From: a virus | Lineage: Duplodnaviria; Caudoviricetes | Reading direction: 5' to 3' (one strand) | DNA length: 52,116 nt | IMG/VR virus record: IMGVR_UViG_3300027704_000032 | Location: 1 to 52,116 of that record | In this document: piece after piece, positions 10,119-20,126 of the stretch | How positions within the stretch are numbered: position 1 is the stretch's first letter | Layout of the letters: the number at the start of each line of letters is the position of its first letter | The notes under the pieces: generated by a model | Databases searched by the model: none | What the model saw: only the letters and a program-made list of their open reading frames with translations | Told to the model about the DNA's origin: nothing | Translations under genes and position numbers: made by a program

Positions 10119-12013
10119 CAGACTAGATCAACAATCTCACAGGAGTCACCAGAGCAAGCAAGTGTCTGGCTACCAGCCGTGTTGTCTTCACTCTCATACT
10201 GTGAGAGGTTAGACCAGTCGATAGTCTTAGGCATTAAGGACTTGAGAGTCTTGTAGTCACTCTTCCCACACTCTTGATAAGGTGCTTGCTGATAGGTGTG
10301 CTCATTGAATGGTAAAAAAGATACACCTGACATCTCATCAAAAAACTTGTAAACAAAAGCACCTACTTCAAACCACTCATCATTCTTGACGTTGATTGTA
10401 ACCGATGGCTTATGCTCACACCATCCACGTTGATAGGCTAACCACATCTCTAGCTGTTCGATTGCAGACATGTCAGCAGTACACACAGCACCAGTAGGTG
10501 CCTTCATAGGAAAGCTAAACACTGTAGTTTGATCAGGCTTGAATGCCTCAGGTGCATTAGGTACGCCTTGATCTTTCATGAACTGTGTTAGTGGATCTTT
10601 ATTGTCACCACGCACGGTACGAATGTAGTAAGGTGAGTGACGAGCATGAATACCACTGGCAGAATCAACAAGTTGTGAAACCGTTCCACTTGGTTTGACA
10701 CAAGTGATAGCAGTAGCGACAGGGATACCAAGACGTTTAGCCCACTCAGCATTAGTAGTAACAGCAATTTGTTTAAGGTGTGTAAGAGTATTCTCCAATC
10801 CTTTGTTCTTCAAAGTCATCAGTGAATTATCCATGATGCCTGTTAGAGATACACCCAACAACCTTTCTTCTTCAGTGTTCTTCTGCCAGATCTTACGTAG
10901 GTATGGGAACTTAGTAAAGCTGGCTTGGATAGTACCTAAGATGGTAGCTAATCTTACCTTCTCTGAAAGAGAATCTAAATCATCTGTTGCACGTACAACT
11001 ACCTCTGTTAGGTTGCAAAACTGATTTGGGCGTAAAATTATTTCGCTGCACGGATTAGTTCCAAACTCATAGTCTGCATCCCGTCTACCATTCTTAGCAG
11101 CCTGTACCTTAGATGCTTGTCGATTGAATATACCACGCTCACCTGAGCCTGACTCAACCAGTGCCATCCACTCACGCATGAAGGATAAACTATCAGGTTT
11201 CTCAGTGTAGGATACAGAGTTGTTAGCCAAGGCACGTTGTGGGTTGTTCTCCCACCAACTGCCTGACTTAGCATGTCGCATACGATCATCCGATAGGTTA
11301 GATAGGGATATCATAGCTGACCTACGTACACCACCAACTACTACTACCTCTCCAATCTTACACATGATATCATGACATTCAATTGAAGATAGCTTACGTC
11401 CTTGTGCTTCCTTGAATGTTTGAATAGTAAAGTTAAATAAGTCTACCAATGGCGCTGGGCCTGAGGCCCGGCCACCAAAAGTCTTAAGGGGTGCGCCAGC
11501 AGGACGTACCCTAGTAACATCCCATGTTGGGATCTCACCACTATACAGGAGTGCAATCACTTGACGCAACGACTTAGCCCACCCCTCCTTACTGTCCTTG
11601 ACGACGATATTAGTCTCACTCTGGAAGAGTTGAGGCACCTCTGGAAGCTTGCTGACGAACTGCCTTTCTACACTAAAACCAACCCCGGTACCACAGAGGA
11701 GGATAAACATAGCCTCATCGAAGGCTTTAAGGTCATCTACGGGTAGGTAGGAGCAGTTGTACATGCAGGTGTTGTCACGTTCTGCGGCAGCACCAGCTGT
11801 CATAAGACCACGCATAGAGGGCATAACCTCTAGCCCAATGATGGCCTGTTCTAATTTATACTTAGTGTCTGGGTCCACCAAGTCTTTGATGATGTTGTCA
11901 GAGAAACGAGTAACAGTATCGTTCCAAGATTCTCTACCCAAACCATCATGGTACTTAGCATACCGTGACTTGTGAATAAATGATTGATAGTCGGTTGGTA
12001 AATTGTTGCTCAT
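10118..12013 (-). CDS. nrdJ: Class II (adenosylcobalamin-dependent) ribonucleotide reductase
   Basis: YNC, GTGVGFS, GGVRRSA, TNPCSEI, CNLTEV, KPSGT and C-terminal CxxxxC (ACSGDSC). Single 631-aa subunit; no beta subunit in the window. Confidence 0.93.
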   Translation of the reverse strand: MSNNLPTDYQSFIHKSRYAKYHDGLGRESWNDTVTRFSDNIIKDLVDPDTKYKLEQAIIGLEVMPSMRGLMTAGAAAERDNTCMYNCSYLPVDDLKAFDEAMFILLCGTGVGFSVERQFVSKLPEVPQLFQSETNIVVKDSKEGWAKSLRQVIALLYSGEIPTWDVTRVRPAGAPLKTFGGRASGPAPLVDLFNFTIQTFKEAQGRKLSSIECHDIMCKIGEVVVVGGVRRSAMISLSNLSDDRMRHAKSGSWWENNPQRALANNSVSYTEKPDSLSFMREWMALVESGSGERGIFNRQASKVQAAKNGRRDADYEFGTNPCSEIILRPNQFCNLTEVVVRATDDLDSLSEKVRLATILGTIQASFTKFPYLRKIWQKNTEEERLLGVSLTGIMDNSLMTLKNKGLENTLTHLKQIAVTTNAEWAKRLGIPVATAITCVKPSGTVSQLVDSASGIHARHSPYYIRTVRGDNKDPLTQFMKDQGVPNAPEAFKPDQTTVFSFPMKAPTGAVCTADMSAIEQLEMWLAYQRGWCEHKPSVTINVKNDEWFEVGAFVYKFFDEMSGVSFLPFNEHTYQQAPYQECGKSDYKTLKSLMPKTIDWSNLSQYESEDNTAGSQTLACSGDSCEIVDLV

Positions 12014-12384
12014 CGTTTGTCTCCTGACCCCTGTAGGGTTCCTCTTTGCTTACGGTCGTATAACTTATCTAGGTTAGACTTAGCTACCTCACCCATGTCT
12101 ACGTTAAGGTCACGGCATAGTGCTGCTATGTACCACAGACAGTCGCCTATCTCAGCTGCCAGTGCGGCCTTATCCATCTTACCATCACGGATAATCTTCT
12201 TAACCTTGTTGGCTACCTCACCAGCTTCACCAGCTAAGCCCAGCGCAGGGTAAGTGATAGCATGTTGTATAGGATATATTGCTGTACCTGCAGCAGCCTT
12301 TTGGTAGGAGCTAAGTGTCATATCTTTATACAGGGTGCTATCCTTATAGTAGCCCCATGCTTCTAAATCAGTTTCATTTATCAT
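12010..12384 (-). CDS. mazG: MazG-like nucleotide pyrophosphohydrolase
   Basis: LGLAGEAGEVANKVKK...EIGD.LWY...N..KL..R motifs; start trimmed to the ATG of MINETD. Confidence 0.85.
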   Translation of the reverse strand: MINETDLEAWGYYKDSTLYKDMTLSSYQKAAAGTAIYPIQHAITYPALGLAGEAGEVANKVKKIIRDGKMDKAALAAEIGDCLWYIAALCRDLNVDMGEVAKSNLDKLYDRKQRGTLQGSGDKR

Positions 12385-12535
12385 GTAGAACCTCACAATC
12401 TAATACTTCTATATCGTCTATGTCATAGAGGGCATACTGTATTTGCTCTGATATAACATCCACATTATTTCCAAATGCCTCTAAAAAATTAGCACTCTTG
12501 TCTACTGAAATAGTTAAGTTGATCTCGAATATCAC
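12374..12535 (-). CDS. Small acidic hypothetical protein (53 aa, not in ORF track)
   Basis: GTG start with AGGAG RBS; translates (M)IFEINLTISVDKSANFLE...VLHDK; fills the gap between neighbours. Confidence 0.6.
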   Translation of the reverse strand: MIFEINLTISVDKSANFLEAFGNNVDVISEQIQYALYDIDDIEVLDCEVLHDK

Positions 12536-12546
12536 AGCGGAAACTC

Positions 12547-12789
12547 CTAGTTATACTTAGGGTTGCTACCCATGTCAATGGTTAATGGCTCAACAGTTTT
12601 ACTAAAATAACTTACCCACTCATAGGCATCATCAAAGTCTTCGAACCAAAAGTTATCTATCTCTATCTCACCATCAATCTCCACTTTACATAGCATGAAG
12701 TACTGAGATCCATCAGGAATTTCATATTCCTCATCAAACTCATCAACAGATGTCGGACCCTCAACGATACCCCAAATTTTAATTTCCAT
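12547..12789 (-). CDS. Hypothetical acidic protein
   Basis: 80-aa ORF in operon context. Confidence 0.6.
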   Translation of the reverse strand: MEIKIWGIVEGPTSVDEFDEEYEIPDGSQYFMLCKVEIDGEIEIDNFWFEDFDDAYEWVSYFSKTVEPLTIDMGSNPKYN

Positions 12790-13135
12790 CTTTATCTTTC
12801 CAGTTACGTAAGAGTTCCATGTAGTGATCCATGCCTACCATAACAACCCAAGGCATCCGGTCTGACCTAAAGAAAACCACTGGCTCTCCTTTAGCATGTT
12901 TACTTGCTTGTTCCAAGTACCCATACACAGTTTTTAATGAAGACTTCCTACGTTTAACTTCGATAGTGATAGGAAGTTTCTTCCTTGCTGCGGGGGACAA
13001 CTGAATGTCTTCTCCTGTGTCCCCCATAGTTGTGCTCTTGATGTCATCAGGTTCGAACTCAGGAAATGTTTCAAGTAACTTATCCCTGATCTCTTGCTGA
13101 CCACCTCTACCCTTTGCCTTAGCTGCCCTAGTCAT
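12779..13135 (-). CDS. Putative Holliday junction resolvase (PD-(D/E)XK)
   Basis: KAKGR..Q start, G.DI...IEVK catalytic pattern, EQA and PVVFF motifs. Confidence 0.7.
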   Translation of the reverse strand: MTRAAKAKGRGGQQEIRDKLLETFPEFEPDDIKSTTMGDTGEDIQLSPAARKKLPITIEVKRRKSSLKTVYGYLEQASKHAKGEPVVFFRSDRMPWVVMVGMDHYMELLRNWKDKDGN

Positions 13136-13982
13136 TAGGAATCTCCTGGACTTGAGGAACCTTCTCTACATGAGTAAGGTACTCAACACCATAAGAGTAT
13201 TGGAACATGCGTAGGTTAGGCCAGCACTCTTTCTTATAGTCGCAGAATGTACAAGACTTATCCAACTTCATGTTGGGACTAGACTTACTGGCAGGCACTG
13301 GTGGTACACGATCAACAGGTATCTTACCAGCAACCATATCCTTTGCGGCAAGCATCTCTTGCTCTTTAGTCTTAAGCTCTTCGGTAAAGTCATACACATC
13401 TAGGCATACCTCACCGCTTACCTTATCAATAACTAAGAATGCTCCAGTCGTTTTATTGGTGACGAGTGGATCATCCTTTGCTGCATACACATATGAAGAC
13501 AGTTGTGAGATATAACCGAATGGGTCGTTGTCTCTAAGCTCACCGTTCTTAAACTTTTTAAATGAATAAGGGCTGGCTGACTTAACGTCAACTGTCATAC
13601 CATCTATCACTGCATCCCTGTGTCCACGGATACCGTGTACGTGCATACGTTCTTGCATACCCTCCACTGAGTGGCCTGATGCCATCACCATGTGGAGAAT
13701 TAATTCTTCAATCATATCACCATAAAAGAATCTCAGTAGCATACTAGCACTGAGAGGTTCACTTGTAGTGGGTTTGTTTATCCGATACCAAAGCTTACGT
13801 TTACATGGGGTACCAATGGACGACAAGGAAAGGTATGCCCTTGGTTCCTGTGGTTTGCTGAACCTAGTGTTAGCGGAGGTTGCAATAGCCTCACCCATCA
13901 TCGTGCCTAGTGTACTGCTCCAACCACCTCTACCATAGATAACTTCTTCTAGGTCTGGAATAAGAGTATCAATATTTTTCAT
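13128..13982 (-). CDS. PD-(D/E)XK exonuclease (Cas4/RecB-like)
   Basis: LSSIG..C.RKLWY, GHRD, DVKS, YISQL..Y and C-terminal C.FC.YK..CW. Confidence 0.8.
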   Translation of the reverse strand: MKNIDTLIPDLEEVIYGRGGWSSTLGTMMGEAIATSANTRFSKPQEPRAYLSLSSIGTPCKRKLWYRINKPTTSEPLSASMLLRFFYGDMIEELILHMVMASGHSVEGMQERMHVHGIRGHRDAVIDGMTVDVKSASPYSFKKFKNGELRDNDPFGYISQLSSYVYAAKDDPLVTNKTTGAFLVIDKVSGEVCLDVYDFTEELKTKEQEMLAAKDMVAGKIPVDRVPPVPASKSSPNMKLDKSCTFCDYKKECWPNLRMFQYSYGVEYLTHVEKVPQVQEIPND

Positions 13983-13993
13983 AATCTCTCCTT

Positions 13994-14020
13994 AAGAAAA
14001 GTGGCCCCCCGAAGGGGGCC
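13994..14020 (-). terminator. Intrinsic terminator after the ssb gene
   Basis: Minus strand reads GGCCCCC-TTCG-GGGGGCC-AC-TTTTCTT: 7-bp GC stem, cUUCGg loop, U tract. Confidence 0.85.
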
Positions 14021-14024
14021 TAGG

Positions 14025-14576
14025 TTAGAACATTATTTCGTCATCTAGTTTTACGTCTGCTGGTGGTGACGAAGCTGCCACCGCAGGACTTAGTGTATCG
14101 GCTGAGAAGACCACAGGTGCAACTCCCTCAACCATCACATGATTGATTACCATTACGGAATCAAGTCGTGTTCCTATTGTACCATAGTTAGGTACGTCAT
14201 AGACCGTAGCCATTACCTCCACTGTTGACCCATTCCCAATCATACCATCGGTATCAAAGTTCCAAGGTGTACCATCAGAATGGGTGACATCTGGTGCGCC
14301 TCCATCCCAGTCACGTCCGGTATCAAACTTACGATCAAGCTTGACCCGCATACCTCTGCCTTCAATATCAGGCTTAGGTTCCTTAGATGAACCAGCTGCT
14401 TGTAGTGCAGCTATGTTACCATCATCCAAGATCAAATCAATGCAACATGCACCGTTTGTTTTTTCGTAGATGCCAACTGCTGTTGGGGTTTTCTTGTACC
14501 CTGTCATATCACGGTTCTGAGCAAAGACCTTTGCCCATTCAGCAATACCAGTTAGTTTAAGTTTACGTGTAGCCAT
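14025..14576 (-). CDS. Single-stranded DNA-binding protein (T7 gp2.5-like)
   Basis: G...WAKVF, IGNGS.V.V and RL..V.V motifs; acidic tail ending in Phe (DDEIMF); next to PolA. Confidence 0.75.
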   Translation of the reverse strand: MATRKLKLTGIAEWAKVFAQNRDMTGYKKTPTAVGIYEKTNGACCIDLILDDGNIAALQAAGSSKEPKPDIEGRGMRVKLDRKFDTGRDWDGGAPDVTHSDGTPWNFDTDGMIGNGSTVEVMATVYDVPNYGTIGTRLDSVMVINHVMVEGVAPVVFSADTLSPAVAASSPPADVKLDDEIMF

Positions 14577-14587
14577 GTTAGTTTCTC

Positions 14588-16465
14588 CTAATGTACATCA
14601 CTGTACTTTTGACCGTATTGTATATCAATACCAAGGTCAACATTTAATTTCAAGTCTTCGTTAAGTTTTTTAATAGCCCAGTTCAATGCGGCACTATGCA
14701 CATCTTCATCTCCTTTTTTAACTAGGTTAATTGATTCGTCGTGGAATTGACCAAGGATATTAGGTCTCTTGATCCGGTAATAAGCAACCCACTTGTCAAA
14801 GCAGTAGGCTCCAGTGGATTGATTGATAGTAGAGAAGGTATCCTTCTCGTAACGTAGGCTATGCCAGAACTTACTGACGGGATTCTGTACCCACATCTCA
14901 CCATTAATCTTCCTGATCTTCTGTGTCTCAGCGAAAGCTTTGACTGACCAGTTGCGTTCCCAATAAGCATCAAGCAATGCCTGACACTCACGTATGGGTA
15001 GGCCTGTGGTACGTGCCAGCTTAGCTGCACCAACACCATAAGTAGCAGAGTAGTTGACCACCTTGAAGTTCTTACGAACTCTTTTGATACCCTTGAACCT
15101 TGATGCATCACTGACCGTATCTTCATCTGAACTACCATAGAAGTTGTAGTCATCTTCGGTAAGTGTGCCTGACTTAACAGCAAGATCTAGGTGGGGATCA
15201 AACCCCGGCTTAGCCATCTCCTCCACATAGTCAGGGTCAAGAGGCTGCATGTAGTGACGCTTAGTGGTATCCTCAAGGGACACCATGTCAGCACCGCAGA
15301 GAGTGTAGCCATCAGCTACAGTCAAGCAACCCCTAATCTCCTTACCCCAAGGCTTATCAATACCTGGGAGATTGACCAGTGGTTTGTTGTGCTTGAATCG
15401 TAGTGTGTTAGTCAGGCCATTGATCTCTGCCTTGACGTACCCATCACGTTCACAACTCAAGAACCCTTTGAAGATAGCCAACCTGTGACCTAAGATGGAA
15501 TAACCTTCCAGTACTTTGACGCTGGGGTTATCTTCAATTAGGATCTGAACGGAGGGGGAAAGCTCTCCATCCTTACGGACTTGGGGTATCTTTCTTTCTT
15601 CACCTGTCTCCTTATCTTTATCGTAGTCAAATGTACATGGTACCCAGCCCAATGAAAACAACCAGTCCTTTACCTGAAGGTGGGACTTAGGGTTAGGTTC
15701 ATTCCAACCTTTGATGACAGTAATCTCCCCGTCATAGTGTGCAGGGAGGTTGTGTTCTTTTAGAAGAGAGAACCACCTTTCACCATGAGAGGAGGTACTA
15801 AGATCTTGCTTGAAGCATACCTTAGGCCTAGTCTTTTTACTGGTGACCTTCTGTCTAGGCATGACAGTCTTAAGCTCTTCTGTCTTGAGTTCCAACTGCC
15901 TAGTAACCTCATTGAAAGAATCATTGGCAAGGCCAACGTCAAGCTTCCAACCAGAAGTCTCAGCAGCAAACGCACAGTCCATCTTGAATGTTAGGTAACG
16001 AAAGAACTTATCCAATAGAACCTTGTCGTTACCATAGATATACAAGAATCTCTTGAGTAGGTTCCTCCAAAGCAACCAGTTGATCTTAACATCTTCAACA
16101 CAACGGTGTTGGTACTCTTCCTTAGTGAGTCCAGCCCAGTCAGTAATTTCTGGCTTGGGTATGTCGAAGTCTACACCAAAGGATTCGAGGCCATGCTTAG
16201 GTCTACTATAGTTTAGAACCCAAGACATTGGCAGAGTATCAAACAGCCTAGCCTTAACCTTGATACCTAAGATCTTTTCGAGCAACGGTATATCATAACG
16301 TATGATGTTGTGTCCGATCAAACCTTTTTGATCAAGGATAAAGTCACGCATCTCTTGGTAGTCGAAGATAGTCTGGTAGTTATTACCATCGGATGTATAA
16401 GACAGACAGTGTATCTTAGTGGCATCATCCAAAAGATTATCAGCTTCTACATCAAATAATATCAT
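14588..16465 (-). CDS. polA: DNA polymerase family A with 3'-5' exonuclease
   Basis: Exo motifs FDVE, GHNI..YD and C..DV; polymerase motif A GADMVSLE, motif B RKNFKVVNYSATYG, motif C FHDE. Confidence 0.95.
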   Translation of the reverse strand: MILFDVEADNLLDDATKIHCLSYTSDGNNYQTIFDYQEMRDFILDQKGLIGHNIIRYDIPLLEKILGIKVKARLFDTLPMSWVLNYSRPKHGLESFGVDFDIPKPEITDWAGLTKEEYQHRCVEDVKINWLLWRNLLKRFLYIYGNDKVLLDKFFRYLTFKMDCAFAAETSGWKLDVGLANDSFNEVTRQLELKTEELKTVMPRQKVTSKKTRPKVCFKQDLSTSSHGERWFSLLKEHNLPAHYDGEITVIKGWNEPNPKSHLQVKDWLFSLGWVPCTFDYDKDKETGEERKIPQVRKDGELSPSVQILIEDNPSVKVLEGYSILGHRLAIFKGFLSCERDGYVKAEINGLTNTLRFKHNKPLVNLPGIDKPWGKEIRGCLTVADGYTLCGADMVSLEDTTKRHYMQPLDPDYVEEMAKPGFDPHLDLAVKSGTLTEDDYNFYGSSDEDTVSDASRFKGIKRVRKNFKVVNYSATYGVGAAKLARTTGLPIRECQALLDAYWERNWSVKAFAETQKIRKINGEMWVQNPVSKFWHSLRYEKDTFSTINQSTGAYCFDKWVAYYRIKRPNILGQFHDESINLVKKGDEDVHSAALNWAIKKLNEDLKLNVDLGIDIQYGQKYSDVH

Positions 16466-18075
16466 GCTGCCATTTCACTCCCAATGTAAGGTGCATCTTC
16501 TGTCAGGATCGTAGTCTCTGGATCGTAATAGAGTGAGCCTGCGTTGCCTAACTTAGCGAATGGTCTGTTCTTGTCAATGACAAATGTTGTAGTGTTCTGA
16601 AGTATCTCATCCTCTGACTCAACATCACGCTCCAACTTAATACATATGATAGCTTCCTCTTCAAGTGAGGCAGCATACTTAGTACGTCCATCGTCATTAA
16701 CCTGTGAGATAAATACCACACCAATGTTCAACTCCTTGGCAAGCTGTGCCATACGTGAGCCTAGTGTAGTAAGTACACTGGTAGCACCATCAACACCAGT
16801 ACTGGACAAGTAAGCCAGTCGTTGTACGTGGTCAATGAAGATGAACCCTGCACCATAGACTGAAGCCGATAGCCTTACGTAGTCCAGTAGCTTGAGTGGA
16901 TCATCATGACCACGCATCTCAAAGATGATAGTACGTTCACCCTGTGTAGCTGCCTGAGCAGCCTTGATCACATCCTCCTCACTTATGCCGGCATCTCTTG
17001 CATCATCCTTAGTACGGACGTTGATACCTAGGTGGTAGGTAGCCATAGCACGGTAGGTTGTAGACTTCATCTCCTCCATGTGGAGCAGGGCAATACGTGT
17101 CTCCTCATCACGCAGTAAGCCAGTCTCAAAGTACCGAACAACTTCGGTCTTACCCATACCACGAGGAGCTTTGATAAAGGTAAGACCTCCCTTAACCATG
17201 CCCCTGATCTTTTCGTCAAGGCCAGCGTGACCAGTGGGTACATACTCGTAAGGGTTCTCGTTAAGGATTGCTGCTTCCACATCTGCATCAGAGCAGAAGA
17301 AGTTCTCAGGTGAATATCTTTGTGGCTTCCTTGCAGCCCACATGAGAGCATCACTATCACCTGACTCAAGGAACTCATTAGCATCCTTATGCTTAGACAT
17401 CGGCACATAGTAGAACTTATCTGGGAAGGCTTGGTATAACTTGTCAGCTGCCCTACGTCCAGCATCGTCAAGCTCACCTGCATATACAAGTTCTTTGAAT
17501 GACGACAGATAAGCATGGTTGTGCTTGATGAATTTCTCTCCGATGGATGCGCTGGGCAATGACTTCACGGGGAATGTCTTGCCTAGTATCTGATACAGGC
17601 TGGCTGCATCAAACTCACCTTCGGTAATATAAATACGATTGCTTGAACCTGCGTTAAACTCAGGGCCAAACAGCATGTTCATACCTAGGCCACGGTCTTT
17701 GACCCAGGACTTAGACTTGTCGTTGAACATGCGATACTTAACTGTGTGCGGGTACTTGTAAGCATATCGTACTGGCTTACCGTCCTCGCCCAGTTGTAAT
17801 TGAATGCCGTACATCTCACAGACATCAGGCTCTATGCCCCTGATACCTTTGTATGTCGAACTCTTAACCTCTATTGTCATAGGGTTTCTCCTCTCTCGTA
17901 GTGGATACTCTGTCGCTGCCCATGAGAAGGTGGCTGGCATGCCTTTCTCTGGGTACGATCTGCTACAAGAATGACAGTGACCAAAGCCATCGTCATTCCA
18001 ATTGAATGCATCACTTGATCCACACTCTTCGTATGGGCAAGCTAGGTGCGGGTTATCTCCTGTCTTCATCATCAT
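16462..18075 (-). CDS. DNA primase/helicase (T7 gp4-like)
   Basis: Zn finger CP...C..SD...CHSC, TOPRIM ITEGEFDA, KDANE, Walker A APRGMGKT, FIDH, SQ and KNR motifs. Confidence 0.93.
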   Translation of the reverse strand: MMMKTGDNPHLACPYEECGSSDAFNWNDDGFGHCHSCSRSYPEKGMPATFSWAATEYPLRERRNPMTIEVKSSTYKGIRGIEPDVCEMYGIQLQLGEDGKPVRYAYKYPHTVKYRMFNDKSKSWVKDRGLGMNMLFGPEFNAGSSNRIYITEGEFDAASLYQILGKTFPVKSLPSASIGEKFIKHNHAYLSSFKELVYAGELDDAGRRAADKLYQAFPDKFYYVPMSKHKDANEFLESGDSDALMWAARKPQRYSPENFFCSDADVEAAILNENPYEYVPTGHAGLDEKIRGMVKGGLTFIKAPRGMGKTEVVRYFETGLLRDEETRIALLHMEEMKSTTYRAMATYHLGINVRTKDDARDAGISEEDVIKAAQAATQGERTIIFEMRGHDDPLKLLDYVRLSASVYGAGFIFIDHVQRLAYLSSTGVDGATSVLTTLGSRMAQLAKELNIGVVFISQVNDDGRTKYAASLEEEAIICIKLERDVESEDEILQNTTTFVIDKNRPFAKLGNAGSLYYDPETTILTEDAPYIGSEMAA

Positions 18076-18241
18076 AAAACATATCCATCATTATAGCCCA
18101 GATATACATGACAGCTACAAGAGGCCATGTCAAGGCTAGTTTTATTGGTGCGTTCTGACTCTCGTCATCAATGGGATCAACCAGCCCGAAGACTAGCATC
18201 ATCCCAAGGAAGTACATGAACAGTGCAATCCAAAGTTCCAT
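18053..18241 (-). CDS. Small two-TM membrane protein
   Basis: 62 aa with two hydrophobic segments. Confidence 0.6.
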   Translation of the reverse strand: MELWIALFMYFLGMMLVFGLVDPIDDESQNAPIKLALTWPLVAVMYIWAIMMDMFYDDEDRR

Positions 18242-18483
18242 TAGTCATCCCTTACTTTTAATCTAAACATACCTTCTGTACTTTGCAGTGAGGCAGCTAT
18301 GTCAAGCAACTGTTGGTAGCTCAGTAGTATCATGTCCGTACTATTCCACTGATCGTCATGCTGCGATATAAATACAGTACCATCTTCAGTAAGAATAACC
18401 TCAACATCAAGGAACTCATCCTCTTGGTCAAGTGTAACAACAGTAACTTTATCGTGTGAAAATTCTACAGTATACACTACCAC
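18241..18483 (-). CDS. Hypothetical acidic protein
   Basis: 80-aa ORF coupled to its neighbours. Confidence 0.6.
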   Translation of the reverse strand: MVVYTVEFSHDKVTVVTLDQEDEFLDVEVILTEDGTVFISQHDDQWNSTDMILLSYQQLLDIAASLQSTEGMFRLKVRDD

Positions 18484-18716
18484 TGCTCCTTGTTCATGTA
18501 TGCACGTAGCTTAGCCCTACTCTTCTCAGAGCTATCGAAGCTACGTATCTCACCTTCACGTTCAACAACAACACCAGTGTTCCACTTGGTTGCTTCCTCC
18601 TCCGCTTGCTTCCTATTGTTAAACAGTAAGGGAGATGAATATATTGTGAATGGATTTTCATCTGCAACATATGACCACTCCCCCCTCTCTATCTCAATCA
18701 TCACTGCATACTTCAT
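18477..18716 (-). CDS. Hypothetical protein
   Basis: 79-aa ORF with TAATG coupling. Confidence 0.6.
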   Translation of the reverse strand: MKYAVMIEIERGEWSYVADENPFTIYSSPLLFNNRKQAEEEATKWNTGVVVEREGEIRSFDSSEKSRAKLRAYMNKEQW

Positions 18717-18976
18717 TACAACTTCTCCTCTCCATTAAGTTGATTGATACGCATACTTGCATACCTGATAACTTTCTCCAAGTCAATGATCTCACTTTCA
18801 ACTTGATCCTTACCCTCATATAATTTGAAGCCAGCCCTGCTACTGTACTTAATAAGGTTGCCACGCCAAAACTCAAAGCCGTTACGCATGATGTAAGTAA
18901 TAGGTTCAATACTCCACCTTGAATAGTGACTAGGCTCATTTACAATGTCATGTGTATTGATCCACTCTTTAATCAT
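18716..18976 (-). CDS. DUF3310-family protein (T7 gp1.7-like, putative nucleotide kinase)
   Basis: VN.PSHY....IEPI.YI....F.RGN.IKY..RAG.K...DLEK..RY; start placed at MIKEW, which has a GGAGG RBS. Confidence 0.8.
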   Translation of the reverse strand: MIKEWINTHDIVNEPSHYSRWSIEPITYIMRNGFEFWRGNLIKYSSRAGFKLYEGKDQVESEIIDLEKVIRYASMRINQLNGEEKL

Positions 18977-19205
18977 ATCTATCCTCCTTGTCCTCTCGTT
19001 TTGCTTTCTGTATCCGTTCATACCTATTGAACAGTTGTTCAAACTTCCACTGGTACAGCTGCTGCATACCCATCAAAGCATTCATAATCTCATCCTCTGT
19101 AGGCTCAGGATAACCATCACCAATCTGTTTGAACACCGTTTCAATGTCATTGCAGACTGACCAGCAGTCCATAATGTGTGGCTCTAAGTCATATATTTTA
19201 GCCAT
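18969..19205 (-). CDS. Hypothetical protein
   Basis: 78-aa ORF (DLE..IM.CW....D...N.L.G...LY..KF) in operon context. Confidence 0.65.
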   Translation of the reverse strand: MAKIYDLEPHIMDCWSVCNDIETVFKQIGDGYPEPTEDEIMNALMGMQQLYQWKFEQLFNRYERIQKAKREDKEDRYD

Positions 19206-19209
19206 GAGC

Positions 19210-19398
19210 CTAGTACTCCCCAGTCGTATCAGTTATTGATAGCAGGTCAGCTATACTACCAGGTACTTCATGTTGGCAGTGGTACTCTCTTATTTCCTTA
19301 TCTGTTTTCATCTCCTCGGCAAACTCCTCAGCTTTTTCATAGGAATTAAAGGTACCTAGTTCGTACCACCTGTTGTAAGTTACTGTATATTCACTCAT
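19210..19398 (-). CDS. Hypothetical protein
   Basis: 62-aa ORF with LGTF.S...A motif. Confidence 0.55.
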   Translation of the reverse strand: MSEYTVTYNRWYELGTFNSYEKAEEFAEEMKTDKEIREYHCQHEVPGSIADLLSITDTTGEY

Positions 19399-20125
19399 CT
19401 CTCAATGCCTCCCATGATATTTGAAATAACTCTTTCATCTCTTTGCTGATTGCACCAGCTACTACTCGTGTCTCTGCTTGTGTGTCAGGCTTACAGCGAA
19501 GGTTACACATGTCACTAAAGGCATCGAGGCTACCTGACCAGTACCATTCAGTCATAGTGGACTGTGGCAGCACCATACGGGCTTGCTCTGGGCATACATT
19601 ATTTTTTAATAGTTCTTCATATATCATAAGGGTATTAGAGTACACGTTATCTTCTACACAACTAGATGTATCCATTTCCCAGTAATCAGCTAAGTATGCT
19701 TTGTCATCTGCATACTCATCAGTATCATCACAAAGTAGTTCGTTTACGAAACCACTACCACTACCTTGTTTCTTATCTTTAGCTTTCTCTCTCCAATTAT
19801 CAGGTAAATAAAACTCCGGTTCATCACTGACATACCTACGACTAATCTCATTCCAACGTAGGAACTTATGCTTGACCAGCTGCCTTGCGACAAAGACAGG
19901 TGCCTTGATGTGGAAGGATGCAAAAGCATGTCCGAATGGTGACATATGCCTATGCTTGGCTAGGTACTTGATAAGTTTTCTATCTGTATCGTGCAGTACA
20001 ACACTTGTCTTATCACCATGAGTCACAGTACCAAGGGCCTCTCGCTTCTTGCCGAAGGATACCCGTGCTGCATTCACCACCGATAGGTCACTGCCCATGT
20101 GGTCTATGTATGTTACTTCAATCAT
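19391..20125 (-). CDS. thyX: Flavin-dependent thymidylate synthase
   Basis: VNAARVS, H.SPF.H, RQLVKH...NEISRRY, EQARMVLP and LR....Q.E.R motifs. Confidence 0.93.
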   Translation of the reverse strand: MIEVTYIDHMGSDLSVVNAARVSFGKKREALGTVTHGDKTSVVLHDTDRKLIKYLAKHRHMSPFGHAFASFHIKAPVFVARQLVKHKFLRWNEISRRYVSDEPEFYLPDNWREKAKDKKQGSGSGFVNELLCDDTDEYADDKAYLADYWEMDTSSCVEDNVYSNTLMIYEELLKNNVCPEQARMVLPQSTMTEWYWSGSLDAFSDMCNLRCKPDTQAETRVVAGAISKEMKELFQISWEALRDE

Positions 20126-20126
20126 C

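Noticed and set aside
10118-16465. Inteins or introns in nrdJ and polA (also checked terL)
   Set aside because: Lengths are normal, frames are uninterrupted and no intein or homing endonuclease motifs were seen.
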